From IMG/VR virus record IMGVR_UViG_3300020463_001984, positions 1 through 64,000 of that record: 64,000 bases of DNA; one strand, 5' to 3'. Origin of the DNA: a virus. The notes below the pieces were generated by a model. It did not search any database. It was not told the origin of the DNA and saw only the letters and a list, made by a program, of their open reading frames with translations. Shown here in pieces: positions 1 to 9,613 of the stretch. The translations under genes were made by a program, and so were the position numbers. How positions within the stretch are numbered: position 1 is the first letter of the stretch; each line of letters begins with the position of its first letter.

Positions 1-723
1 CTAACTAACCAAACATCAAATTTTGATTTACAAGCGGCTGTAAAAGATTACTGCAAGACAATGACACTATTCAAAGATATAGGTGATTATTACACAATTA
101 ATATTAGTTGTCCTAACACACAAGAAGGTGAACCATTTGTTCATAGGGAAAACTTAGATATGTTATTAACGATGGTGAACGAAAAGATACGTCCCATAAC
201 TAAAAAACCTATCTATGTGAAACTTGCGGCTGATATGAGCATTCCTGAAATTGACACAATAGTTGATGCTTGTATTGAACACAAGATGGATGGCCTCGTA
301 TGTACTAATCTTGCGAAACCAGAATTCAACTCAGAACACAGACCAGAAGAGTATCCAACAACAAAAGGATTACTTCCAAAAGGCAAAGGTGCAATGAGTG
401 GATTACCTTTACAACGTATATCAACAGATGTTGTTCGTCATGTGTATAGAAGAACTGAAGGGAAGATGACTATCATAGGTGTTGGTGGAATATTCAATGC
501 CAAAGATGCTTATGAAAAGATTACGTCAGGTGCTAACTTATGCCACATGATCACAACAATGATATTTGATGGTCCACAGAACATCAGTGAGATTAACAGA
601 GGCTTGGTAAAACTTATAAAAGCGGATGGGTTTAAATCAGTTGAAGAAGCAGTTGGGTCACGTAATCCATTGCCAACTAAAGTGGTTAACCTAAATACTA
701 TTGAGTTTAAAAAGTCTGCTTAA
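1..723 (+). CDS. pyrD: Dihydroorotate dehydrogenase, 5'-truncated by window edge (auxiliary metabolic gene)
   Basis: Frame is open from base 1. Motifs INISCPNT, VKLAAD, GAMSGLPL, IIGVGGIFNAKDAYEKITSGA are typical of FMN-dependent DHODH. Confidence 0.9.
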   Translation, partial: LTNQTSNFDLQAAVKDYCKTMTLFKDIGDYYTINISCPNTQEGEPFVHRENLDMLLTMVNEKIRPITKKPIYVKLAADMSIPEIDTIVDACIEHKMDGLVCTNLAKPEFNSEHRPEEYPTTKGLLPKGKGAMSGLPLQRISTDVVRHVYRRTEGKMTIIGVGGIFNAKDAYEKITSGANLCHMITTMIFDGPQNISEINRGLVKLIKADGFKSVEEAVGSRNPLPTKVVNLNTIEFKKSA

Positions 724-765
724 AATAGTAAAATCAATACAATTATTAAAATAAGTTCTTCCATA

Positions 766-942
766 TTAAAAGAAAGGCATCTTTGTCTTTTTAGTTGTTT
801 CTAAATTATCGTTAATTATTTTAGTTAGAATCTCACGATCTTCAGGACCCATTTCGTATGCTTCAGTCAAGGTTACACTTCCTCTCATAAACCAGATTAT
901 TTTTCCGATTGTATGTTTCAGTTCCTTACACTGGCCTTCCAT
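766..942 (-). CDS. Small gp51-like / tail-chaperone extension ORF (58 aa, not in ORF track); probably also made as a -1 frameshift fusion to the upstream gene
   Basis: Manual translation MEGQCKELKHTIGKIIWFMRGSVTLTEAYEMGPEDREILTKIINDNLETTKKTKMPFF*. The frame stays open upstream to the slippery site at 996-1005. GAGG SD upstream of the ATG. Confidence 0.7.
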   Translation of the reverse strand: MEGQCKELKHTIGKIIWFMRGSVTLTEAYEMGPEDREILTKIINDNLETTKKTKMPFF

Positions 943-1005
943 GGACCTTACCTCATCAAGAATTTTCTTGACTGGCCACGTTAAGATCCTTATGCGAAAA
1001 AATTT
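943..1005 (-). promoter_or_regulatory. Putative -1 programmed ribosomal frameshift signal
   Basis: Minus strand gcA AAU UUU UUC gca UAA (XXXYYYZ heptamers), 6-nt spacer, then stem GGAUCUUA/UAAGGUCC with inner hairpin UCAAGA-AAAU-UCUUGA. Confidence 0.65.
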
Positions 1006-1883
1006 GCTTGGTCGAACGATATAGGCACATCAAATTGTTTAGGTGCACCTGCTTTAATTTCTTCGTCAGTGGCATTTACCTGCATAGGTTGTACTTGAAA
1101 TTGTTTTTTATTTTCGTCAATATGTTTCTTGACTCCATTAAAAACTTTTGCATCAGCACTATCAATAAATTCGGCAATGTGTGTAGGATTTGTTACTTCC
1201 TCTTCATTTTGCCATCTAATAGAAACTATTGCATCTTTCATAATTTGTACATTAATGTCGGTTAACACTTGAAAACTTTTGTTAAAACGTTCTAGTTTTT
1301 GACCAGAATCAATGTCTTCGTTATTGACTGTTGATAAAAGTCTTTGTTCTTCAAATGTTTTAATAGCCATCTGTGTAAAGACTCTATAACTAATAGGTTT
1401 AAGTGTTACGGTAAATCCGTCAATGTGCATCACGTCTTGAAATTTTGCATTGATATATCTATCGATTAACATCTTACAATCTACTTCGTAGGCCTTCTGA
1501 ATCTCAGTGTTTGGTATGTTTACATTTACTTCTAGTTTTTCACCAAAGGTAGCCATTCTAATTGCGACAAGTAAACAATCTAAATCCACTGACGGTACGG
1601 CCCAAGCATTTTTAATGTTTGGCGCACAACTTTGAATCACGTCAACAACTGATTGACCATTTAAAAGTGCATCAGGTGTCTTGAACGTGAGTTCATCTTT
1701 TGCCGTCATAGAGTAGATTGGTATTTCTCCGTTCTCAGGCAAATCAATCGCACCATTGGGATACCAACGTCCTTGACTAGGCAACTTCAGATAGATCTTT
1801 GGCTGTCTAAAGTGTTTCTGTAACGGATTTTGTCCCAAGGGTTGAATCGGTATTCCTGCCTGTGGTACATTTTTATTATCCAT
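990..1883 (-). CDS. T4 gp26-like baseplate hub / tail assembly protein (297 aa)
   Basis: NPLQKHFRQPKIYLKLPSQG, MTAKDEL..KTPDALLNG, DLD.LL.AIR.AT.G motifs and FF-containing C-terminus resemble gp26-like proteins. Start moved to MDNKN (AGGAG SD at 1891-1895). Confidence 0.7.
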   Translation of the reverse strand: MDNKNVPQAGIPIQPLGQNPLQKHFRQPKIYLKLPSQGRWYPNGAIDLPENGEIPIYSMTAKDELTFKTPDALLNGQSVVDVIQSCAPNIKNAWAVPSVDLDCLLVAIRMATFGEKLEVNVNIPNTEIQKAYEVDCKMLIDRYINAKFQDVMHIDGFTVTLKPISYRVFTQMAIKTFEEQRLLSTVNNEDIDSGQKLERFNKSFQVLTDINVQIMKDAIVSIRWQNEEEVTNPTHIAEFIDSADAKVFNGVKKHIDENKKQFQVQPMQVNATDEEIKAGAPKQFDVPISFDQANFFA

Positions 1884-1896
1884 CTTTTTTCTCCTG

Positions 1897-1927
1897 CTAA
1901 ATAAGTGTATTAGCATTAGTATTTATA
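1897..1927. promoter_or_regulatory. Pair of T4-type late promoters serving divergent genes
   Basis: CTAAATA (+, 1897-1903) ahead of the 1955 gene, and an exact TATAAATA (-, 1920-1927) ahead of the 1883 gene. Confidence 0.6.
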
Positions 1928-1954
1928 GAGTCTAATTATATGGGTATTTAATTA

Positions 1955-4135
1955 ATGGCAGTACAAGTTGACATTCCGGGAGTTGGTAACGTAATAGCCA
2001 AAAATGCGGCGGAAGACAGTACTTTACAGGAAATCTTAAAAGCACTGAAAGGTCGCGGCGGCACTGGTGGCGGTGGATCCGGCGGTGGTGCTGGTGGTCC
2101 TGGCGGCGGAGCCGGTGGATTAGGCCCAAACATGAAGAAAGCCAACAAAGAAACTGGTGAATTCAGTAAAAGTATTGCAAACACAACAACTTTAGTTGAT
2201 GATTTTGGTGGCGGATTAAGAAAAGCAACCAAAGGATTATTAGGATTTGCCGGCGACTTGCTAGGATCAGCATACGATTTTGGAGAAACATTACTGTTCA
2301 CTGGTAACAGAATGAGTGATCTAGCAAGTGCTATACCGCTTGTAGGAGGACCTCTAGGATCTTTAGTTGGATTAGCAGAAGGATTGGTAGATAATTTTAG
2401 AAACTTATCAGAATCAGGTGCTGGATTTTCCAATAACATATTCAATATTGCTAGAGCGGCCGCTAACGCAGAAATGCCATTAGGAATGTTTGCTGAAACA
2501 GTTGCACAAAATTCACAACAATTATCAAGGCTAGGAGGCAGTGTAACAGAAGGTGCCAAACGTTTTGGTAGGATCAGTAAAAGTTTAAGAACCAGTGAAG
2601 AAAACTTCTTAGGAATGGGTTTTACTATGGAAGGTGTAAACGAAGGACTTATTGCGTACACCGAAGAGATGGCAAGAACAGGTAGACTACGTACAATGAG
2701 TGATGCACAACTTACACAAGGTGCAGGTGTCTACTTAATGGAAATTGATAAGTTAGCAAAAGTAACAGGTATGACACGTAAAGAGGCAGAAGCGGCTAGG
2801 GCCAGCCAGGCTGACGATGCCAGAATGAGAAGAATGATCAGCAAATTAGACACTGAGGGTCAAAACAACTTAAGGAACAGTCTAGCATTCTTGGATGCCA
2901 AAGTTCCTGGCTTATCAGATGCATTTAAGGACTTGTCAGACGGTGCGGCACAAACTGAAGAAGGTATGATGTTAATGGCAATGGGTGGTGATGAGTTTGT
3001 TAAACTTGCACAAGAAATGGCATCAGGTGAACTTGATCCTGCCGAACTTAACAACAGATTAATGGAACTTGCTCCACTTATCGAAAAGAATGTTGGAAAT
3101 ATGAGCGAAGCACAGTTACAAGCATTAGAACAGACTAATCCTGCATTATACAAAATTTTAAGTAGTAACTCAGACCTATTAGCATTGACTAAAAAATCCG
3201 GTGAAAAAATTGAAGAAGAACAAAAAGCATCAGACGGTGTAACAACATCATTAGCACAGGTAGAACAAAACCTTGCAACTATTAGAGGTAATTTATTTTC
3301 AGCATTTTTAGAAAGTGATATATTTAAAATGGCCGCTGATGCACTTGGAAATTTAATGCCTAAGACTGAAGACGTCAGTGCAATGATGGAAAAATTAAAA
3401 CCTCATGTAGAAGAAGTCATAAACAGTTTTACAGCATTTGTAAACGACTTTATGGCAGATCCTAAAGGAACGTTTGATAAGATTGTAAAAAATATAAAAA
3501 CTTATGTAGGCGATTTCTTCTTTGGTATGTTTGACGGATTAGGAACAAAAATTATCGCAGGTATTTTAACAGGACTGTTAGCACTTGCACTTGGAATATT
3601 CACAGGTCCATTCTTGGCAATTGGTGCAGGGTTGGCATTAGTATTTGGAATGGATAAGATTTTAGAATTAGGTAACGAATACATTTGGGAACCAATTAAA
3701 GGTATGTTTAGTTGGATGGGAGAATGGTTTGGAAGTCTTTGGGAATCAATTAAAGGTTTTGGTAGCAAACTTAATCCTTTAAATTGGTTTGGTGGAGATG
3801 ACGACAAACAAGAACAAAAAGTCTCAGAAGCCTATACACCAGATGCTCCAAGTATCAAGAAAACTGCGATGAAAGTGCCAGATAATGCTGAAGAAACAGC
3901 GGCCAAAGTATCAGATGATACTGTAACAGCGGCACTGGAGGCATCCAAAGAAGCAGAGAAAAAATCAAAAGAGCAGGCCAGTAAAGCATCGGCCGATGCA
4001 AGTAAGTCGGTAAATAGTACTGATGGCGGTGCAAGTGGAATGCAAGTAGCACTCTTACAAGAGCAAAATGAATTACTTCGTGCATTGCTGAGAACAACAA
4101 AAAGTAACACGTCGGATATGTATTCGAGTGCATAA
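1955..4135 (+). CDS. Probable tape measure protein (726 aa)
   Basis: Long Ala/Gly/Leu-rich helical protein with a hydrophobic segment (IIAGILTGLLALALGIFTGPFLAIGAGLALVFG) and W/F-periodic region; lies next to the hub/chaperone gene. Confidence 0.6.
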   Translation: MAVQVDIPGVGNVIAKNAAEDSTLQEILKALKGRGGTGGGGSGGGAGGPGGGAGGLGPNMKKANKETGEFSKSIANTTTLVDDFGGGLRKATKGLLGFAGDLLGSAYDFGETLLFTGNRMSDLASAIPLVGGPLGSLVGLAEGLVDNFRNLSESGAGFSNNIFNIARAAANAEMPLGMFAETVAQNSQQLSRLGGSVTEGAKRFGRISKSLRTSEENFLGMGFTMEGVNEGLIAYTEEMARTGRLRTMSDAQLTQGAGVYLMEIDKLAKVTGMTRKEAEAARASQADDARMRRMISKLDTEGQNNLRNSLAFLDAKVPGLSDAFKDLSDGAAQTEEGMMLMAMGGDEFVKLAQEMASGELDPAELNNRLMELAPLIEKNVGNMSEAQLQALEQTNPALYKILSSNSDLLALTKKSGEKIEEEQKASDGVTTSLAQVEQNLATIRGNLFSAFLESDIFKMAADALGNLMPKTEDVSAMMEKLKPHVEEVINSFTAFVNDFMADPKGTFDKIVKNIKTYVGDFFFGMFDGLGTKIIAGILTGLLALALGIFTGPFLAIGAGLALVFGMDKILELGNEYIWEPIKGMFSWMGEWFGSLWESIKGFGSKLNPLNWFGGDDDKQEQKVSEAYTPDAPSIKKTAMKVPDNAEETAAKVSDDTVTAALEASKEAEKKSKEQASKASADASKSVNSTDGGASGMQVALLQEQNELLRALLRTTKSNTSDMYSSA

Positions 4136-4144
4136 GGATTGTAG

Positions 4145-5881
4145 ATGAGTTGGAAAAGATATTTTACACCAGTTGAACAAGGAGACGGTGCAGGAACAAG
4201 TTATAGTCCAATTAATGGACGAGGCCAAGGGCCGGGACCTGCAAGATCAAATTATTCTTCATATCTACCAGATGTATATGTAGGTAGTCCAAACCGCGTT
4301 GAACGTTATGGACAATATAACGTTATGGATAACGACAGTGAAGTAAATGCGGCATTAGACATATTAGCAGAATTTTGTTCACAAGAGAACGATCAAAACA
4401 GAACTTCGTTTAAAATTAATTTTAAACAAAAAGCAACTAATTCAGAAATAACAGTATTACAAAAATACTTACAGCAATGGTGTAAATTAAATAACTTTGG
4501 AACTAAGATGTTCCGTATATTAAGAAACGTATTTAAGTATGGTGATGCTTTCTTTATTAGAGATCCAGAAACTAAAAAATGGTTCCATGTTGATCCAGCA
4601 AAAGTTTCACGTATAATTGTAAACGAATCAGAAGGTAAAAAACCTGAACAATATATAGTAAGAGATGTAAACCTTAATTTTAGAGAACAGGTTGCAACAA
4701 CACCATATACAACTAACGGCAACGTAACTGGAGGTGGCGATGGCTACTTAACAGGTGGTGTTAGAGGTATGGTTGGTAATGCACAATCACAAGCAGGCAG
4801 TAGATTTCAAACAGATCAAAGAGAGATTGCCGTTGATGCAGATCATATTGTACATTTAAGTTTAAGTGAAGGTTTAGATAACAATTACCCATTTGGTAAT
4901 TCATTACTTGAAAGTATTTTTAAAGTTTACAAACAAAAAGAATTATTAGAAGATGCAATTATTATTTACAGAACACAAAGAGCACCAGAACGTAGAGTGT
5001 TTTATATTGATGTAGGTAATATGCCATCACACCTTGCTATGCAGTTCGTTGAACGTGTAAAAACAGAAATACACCAAAGACGTATTCCAAGTGCATCAGG
5101 TGGATCTACAAACGTAATTGATAGTGCATACAATCCGTTATCAACAAACGAAGATTACTTCTTTCCGCAAACAGCAGAAGGACGTGGATCTAAAGTTGAA
5201 ACATTACCAGGTGGTACTAACTTAGGTGAGATTGATGATCTTAAATACTTTACTAATAAACTAATTAGAGGTTTACGTATTCCAAGTTCATACTTACCAA
5301 GTGCCGCACAAGATGAAGGACAAAGTCAATTCAATGATGGTAGAGTAGGTACTGCATATATCCAAGAATTAAGATTCAACAAGTATTGCGAACGTTTACA
5401 AAATCTAGTTACAGAAGAATTTGATCAAGAGTTTAAACGTTACTTGATGGAAAAAGGTGCAAACGTAGACTTTGCTATGTTTGATTTAGAATTTCAAACT
5501 CCTCAAAACTTTGCAAGTTACAGACAAAGTGAATTAGACAATCAACGTATTGGTACATTTACACAGATACAGGCTATTCCATTTGTAAGTAATAGATATG
5601 CAATGAAACGTTTCTTAGGAATGTCAGCAGAAGAGATTGCTGAGAATGAACGTTACTGGAAAGAAGAGAACGATGAAAACTTATCTGCTCCTCCAACTGA
5701 TGCCGCAGGTGAAATGCGTGGCGTTGGTGTAAGTGGTGCAGGCATTACTGCCGACTTAGGTGGTACAGAAGATGTTGACCCAGAAGCAGAGCCAGATCCG
5801 GTAGCAGGCGGTGAAGCGACTCCACCGGATACAGCGACAGGTACACCAGTAGGTGGCGCTGGCACTACTCCACAGCAATAA
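4145..5881 (+). CDS. gp20: Portal protein (T4 gp20 family)
   Basis: LLEDAIIIYRTQRAPERRVFYIDVGNMP, EDYFFP..AEGRGSKVETLPGG.NLGEIDD..YF..KL..GLRIPSS. Confidence 0.95.
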   Translation: MSWKRYFTPVEQGDGAGTSYSPINGRGQGPGPARSNYSSYLPDVYVGSPNRVERYGQYNVMDNDSEVNAALDILAEFCSQENDQNRTSFKINFKQKATNSEITVLQKYLQQWCKLNNFGTKMFRILRNVFKYGDAFFIRDPETKKWFHVDPAKVSRIIVNESEGKKPEQYIVRDVNLNFREQVATTPYTTNGNVTGGGDGYLTGGVRGMVGNAQSQAGSRFQTDQREIAVDADHIVHLSLSEGLDNNYPFGNSLLESIFKVYKQKELLEDAIIIYRTQRAPERRVFYIDVGNMPSHLAMQFVERVKTEIHQRRIPSASGGSTNVIDSAYNPLSTNEDYFFPQTAEGRGSKVETLPGGTNLGEIDDLKYFTNKLIRGLRIPSSYLPSAAQDEGQSQFNDGRVGTAYIQELRFNKYCERLQNLVTEEFDQEFKRYLMEKGANVDFAMFDLEFQTPQNFASYRQSELDNQRIGTFTQIQAIPFVSNRYAMKRFLGMSAEEIAENERYWKEENDENLSAPPTDAAGEMRGVGVSGAGITADLGGTEDVDPEAEPDPVAGGEATPPDTATGTPVGGAGTTPQQ

Positions 5882-5895
5882 GGCTAAATAATTAT

Positions 5896-6138
5896 ATGAT
5901 ACTGAGAGAGTTATTTTATTTTGATAAAGAATCACTGGAGCCAATAGAAGATAAGTCCTATGATGCTTCAATGGACGATAGTATCATGAAGAAAACAGAT
6001 ACACGTAAAACACGCCTTACACTACGCCAAATCAATAAAGCAAGACAGGCATCTGAACTACATAAAGAAGAGCAGGAGAAAGATTTAGATTTCGTAAGAC
6101 AAATGTACGGAATTGCCGCTAATACAGCCGAGGTGTAG
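5896..6138 (+). CDS. Small head-cluster protein (80 aa)
   Basis: ORF after portal; M.LRELF start, DTRK.RLTL.QINK.R motif; late promoter 5 nt upstream of the ATG. Confidence 0.7.
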   Translation: MILRELFYFDKESLEPIEDKSYDASMDDSIMKKTDTRKTRLTLRQINKARQASELHKEEQEKDLDFVRQMYGIAANTAEV

Positions 6139-6141
6139 TAA

Positions 6142-6747
6142 ATGTCAATAGCATTCGTGCTAGGAAACGGAACAAGTCGTAAAGACATCCCATTAGAACC
6201 ATTAAGAAGTCACGGAGCAATCTACGGTTGCAATGCATTGTATAGATCATTCGATAGCGATTACTTAATTGCCGTTGATGCCAAGATGGTGCTTGAAATT
6301 TGTCAAAGCAATTATCAATTGAAACATCAAGTATGGACTAATCCTAATAAATCTTTCAAAGACATAGAAGGTTTACACTTTTTTGATCCTAGCAAGGGTT
6401 GGAGCAGTGGCCCTACTGCATTAGATCTAGCAACATGGCATAAACACGATACAATATATATTTTAGGCTTTGACTTTAGGGGTACTACAGGCACAGGTGG
6501 AAATGAAGATAAAGTAAACAACTTATATGCAGGCACATTAAATTATAAAAGACCCGAGGATAATGCGACATATTTTGGCAACTGGGAACGTCAAACGGGT
6601 ATAATTGCCCAAAGAAATCACAGAACGAGATATATAAGAGTAGTTAAGGATGGGGAGGATTTTTGTCCTAAAAGTCTAAAAAACTTTAGTAACATAACCC
6701 ATATGACTGTTACAGACTTCTGTAAACAGTTCACGAAATCACATTAA
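6142..6747 (+). CDS. Maf/DUF115-like (GT29/GT42-like fold) putative sugar transferase
   Basis: FVLGNGTSR, YGCNALYR, YLIAVD, WSSGPTA, IYILGFD motifs. Confidence 0.6.
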   Translation: MSIAFVLGNGTSRKDIPLEPLRSHGAIYGCNALYRSFDSDYLIAVDAKMVLEICQSNYQLKHQVWTNPNKSFKDIEGLHFFDPSKGWSSGPTALDLATWHKHDTIYILGFDFRGTTGTGGNEDKVNNLYAGTLNYKRPEDNATYFGNWERQTGIIAQRNHRTRYIRVVKDGEDFCPKSLKNFSNITHMTVTDFCKQFTKSH

Positions 6748-6853
6748 GGTTTCAAAATAACGTGTTTTGAGCCTATATTCAGCGTATTTTCTTCATTATA
6801 TGTAAATATTACTGACAGCCTTACCAAAAATTTTACTTATAGGAGGTATTACA

Positions 6854-7840
6854 ATGGCAGACAGAAACAAATTCGAGGAAATGCTCGAAAAATTAGTTTC
6901 CGAAGACCGCAAAGGTGCTGAGGAATTATTCCACGAAATAGTGGTAGAAAAATCAAGAAACATTTACGAAAATTTATTAGCAGACGACGTTAAAGAATTA
7001 GACGTTGATGAAGCGAAAAAAGAAGACGAAGCAGTTGACGAAGCATCAAAAGAAGATGATGACAAAGAAGTTGACGAAGCGTCTAAAGATGATTCAGCAG
7101 ATGAAGATAAAGTAGACGAAGCATCAGAAGATAAAGATGAAGAAACTACTGAAGCAACTGATGAAGATGAAAAAACTGAAGAAGGTATTGAAGAAATTAC
7201 ACCTGAAGCACCTGCAATGGGCGGCGATCCAGCAGATGACATGATGAATGATGTTGAAGATGCAATGGACGACGACAAAGAAGGCGACGAAGATAAAGGT
7301 GAAGACGACGAAGACATTGAAGACAGAGTCGTTGATTTAGAAGATGCACTAGACGATCTTAAGTCTGAATTTGAAAAAATGATGGGCGACAAAGATGAAG
7401 AAGGTGACGAAGAAGATTCTGAAGCACCAATGGATGACATGGGTGACGAAGAAAAGGAAGATGAAGCAGTAATGCCAACTTCCGAACTTGGAGTTGAAGA
7501 AATGCCAGTTGAGTCGAAAGATGAAACTGCAAAATCTAATACAGAACAAATGCGTGAGTATGTAGAAAAAGTTGCTGAGCCAAAAGGCGAAGATAACAAA
7601 GCAAAATCACCAGTAGCGGGTAAAAACGATATGGGTGGAACTGCTTCTAACATCGCAAAAGGTTCTGCAGAAGAAAAAGGCGGATCTGCAATGGCACCAA
7701 AAGAGGACAACATGGGTAACGTGAATGTTCCAGGTGGTAAAGCAAGTAAGTCTATGAAGGCAGACTCCAAAGGTCACGGCGCTGAGAAAAAAGGCAGTGG
7801 CGAAACAGGAACTGATAGTAAAAGTATTATCGGTTCGTAA
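6854..7840 (+). CDS. Highly acidic prohead core/scaffold protein (328 aa)
   Basis: D/E-rich, lies between portal and protease; late promoter GTAAATA at 6802 and AGGAGG SD. Confidence 0.7.
   Translation: MADRNKFEEMLEKLVSEDRKGAEELFHEIVVEKSRNIYENLLADDVKELDVDEAKKEDEAVDEASKEDDDKEVDEASKDDSADEDKVDEASEDKDEETTEATDEDEKTEEGIEEITPEAPAMGGDPADDMMNDVEDAMDDDKEGDEDKGEDDEDIEDRVVDLEDALDDLKSEFEKMMGDKDEEGDEEDSEAPMDDMGDEEKEDEAVMPTSELGVEEMPVESKDETAKSNTEQMREYVEKVAEPKGEDNKAKSPVAGKNDMGGTASNIAKGSAEEKGGSAMAPKEDNMGNVNVPGGKASKSMKADSKGHGAEKKGSGETGTDSKSIIGS
7003..7170 (+). repeat. Degenerate tandem VDEA(S/K)(K/E) coding repeats
   Basis: VDEAKKED, VDEASKED, VDEASKDD, VDEASEDK, TTEATDED; DNA GTTGA(C/T)GAAGC recurs. Confidence 0.7.
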
Positions 7841-7859
7841 TTAGTATAGAGGACTTTTA

Positions 7860-8495
7860 GTGGTGTTAAACTTACGTGAGAACTTGACATTCGACCAAGC
7901 GAAGATGGTCGTTGAAACTACTGAGAACGACAAGGGAGGCAAAGACCTTTATTTAAAAGGAATTTGTATTCAGGGTGGTGTGCGTAATGCAAACCAACGT
8001 GTTTATCCTGTAAGCGAAATTAGTAGGGCTGTCAACACTCTCAATGATCAAATAAGCGGAGGATATTCAGTTCTTGGCGAAGTTGATCATCCAGAAGGAC
8101 TCAATATTAACCTAGACCGTGTAAGCCATATGATCACAGAAATGTGGACAGATGGACCAAATGGTTATGGAAAGATGAAGATATTACCTACACCGATGGG
8201 AATCCTAGTTAAAACAATGCTTGAAAGCGGAGTTAAATTAGGAGTCTCATCAAGAGGTTCAGGGAATGTTAGCGAAGACGGAAGCAATACGGTTTCAGAT
8301 TTTGAAATCATTACTGTTGACTGTGTCGCACAACCAAGTGCTCCAGGGGCGTATCCAACGCCTATTTACGAACACTTATTAAATAGCCGTGGTGGCTATC
8401 AGGCTTTAAACTTGGCAAAAGAAGTCCAAGGCGACTCAAAGGCACAAAAGTACATCAAAGAATCTTTAATCACAGTTATTAAAGGTTTGAAATAA
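7860..8495 (+). CDS. gp21: Prohead protease (T4 gp21 family)
   Basis: N.NQRVYP, LGEVDHP, VSH, TPMG, LGVSSRGSG, D.VAQPSAPGA. Confidence 0.95.
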   Translation: MVLNLRENLTFDQAKMVVETTENDKGGKDLYLKGICIQGGVRNANQRVYPVSEISRAVNTLNDQISGGYSVLGEVDHPEGLNINLDRVSHMITEMWTDGPNGYGKMKILPTPMGILVKTMLESGVKLGVSSRGSGNVSEDGSNTVSDFEIITVDCVAQPSAPGAYPTPIYEHLLNSRGGYQALNLAKEVQGDSKAQKYIKESLITVIKGLK

Positions 8496-8505
8496 GGAGA
8501 ACCAG

Positions 8506-9603
8506 ATGTTAGACGCTTTAAAATCACTTTTTGAAACAAATGCAATTTCAGAAGAGATCAAGAATGACATCGAAGAGGCTTGGAATGCCAAAGTTAAAGA
8601 AAATCAAATGCAGATTACAGCGGAATTACGTGAAGAGTTTGCATCTAAATATGAACACGATAAAGCCAATATGGTAGAAGCCGTGGAAAAAATGTTAGAT
8701 GAAAAATTACAAGCAGAAATTTCAGAATTTGCTGAAGATAGAAATAAACTTGCTGAAGCCAGAGCAAAATACCATGTAGCAATGCGTGAGAACGCAGACC
8801 TACTTAAAGGTTTTGTAATGGAACAGTTAGGCAAAGAAGTTTCTGAACTACATGAAGATCAAAAAGTTATGGCAAGTAAATTTGGCAAACTTGAAGAATT
8901 TGTAGTCGATGCTCTTGCAAAAGAAATTGCTGAGTTCCACGAAGACAAAAAAGATTTGGCAGAAACGAAGGTTAGATTAATTCGTGAAGCCAAAGAACAT
9001 TTAAGTAAAGTAAAAACATCCTTCATCGAAAAAGGTGCTAAAGTTGTAGAGAAAACAGTTGCTAAGACATTAAACAATGAAATTAGTCAATTGAAAGAAG
9101 ACATCGATACAGCACGTAGAAACGACTTTGGTCGTAAGATTTTCGAGACGTTTGCAGAAGAGTACAATCAGTCATACATGAATGAGAAGAGCGAAACTGC
9201 AAAACTACTTAAAGTGGTTGATTTGAAGGATAAACAACTTGCGGAAGCGAAAGCGAATGCTGAGAATAAAGCAAAATTAGTTGAAAGCAAAGATGCTGAA
9301 ATTAAAAATGCTGTTGAAACCGCAAAGAGAAAAGAGACAATTTCTGAACTAGTTGCTCCTTTGAGCAAAGAACAGAAAGAAATTATGCAAGACTTACTAG
9401 AATCAGTAGCAACAGACAAACTAAAAGGTTCGTTTGACAAGTACATAACTGCTGTAATCGATGGCAAGTCAGTAGCAAAGAAGGCAACACTTACCGAGGC
9501 AAAAGAAATAACAGGCGATAAAGAAGAAAATAGTTCGAGTGCAAGTAATTCTGCAAAAGTTGATAATGTTGTAGATATTAGAAGACTTGCAGGATTAAAT
9601 TAA
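8506..9603 (+). CDS. gp22: Prohead core scaffold protein (T4 gp22-like)
   Basis: Coiled-coil E/K-rich protein between protease and major capsid gene. Confidence 0.85.
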   Translation: MLDALKSLFETNAISEEIKNDIEEAWNAKVKENQMQITAELREEFASKYEHDKANMVEAVEKMLDEKLQAEISEFAEDRNKLAEARAKYHVAMRENADLLKGFVMEQLGKEVSELHEDQKVMASKFGKLEEFVVDALAKEIAEFHEDKKDLAETKVRLIREAKEHLSKVKTSFIEKGAKVVEKTVAKTLNNEISQLKEDIDTARRNDFGRKIFETFAEEYNQSYMNEKSETAKLLKVVDLKDKQLAEAKANAENKAKLVESKDAEIKNAVETAKRKETISELVAPLSKEQKEIMQDLLESVATDKLKGSFDKYITAVIDGKSVAKKATLTEAKEITGDKEENSSSASNSAKVDNVVDIRRLAGLN

Positions 9604-9613
9604 GGAGAAAATA

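Noticed and set aside
1884-1916. Track start MLIHLFSRRKK for the gp26-like gene
   Set aside because: AGGAG SD and the late promoter position favour the ATG at 1883.
6747-6774. Hairpin AGGTTTCAAAA/TTTTGAGCCT before the scaffold gene
   Set aside because: Weak AT-rich stem with no U tract; insufficient support.
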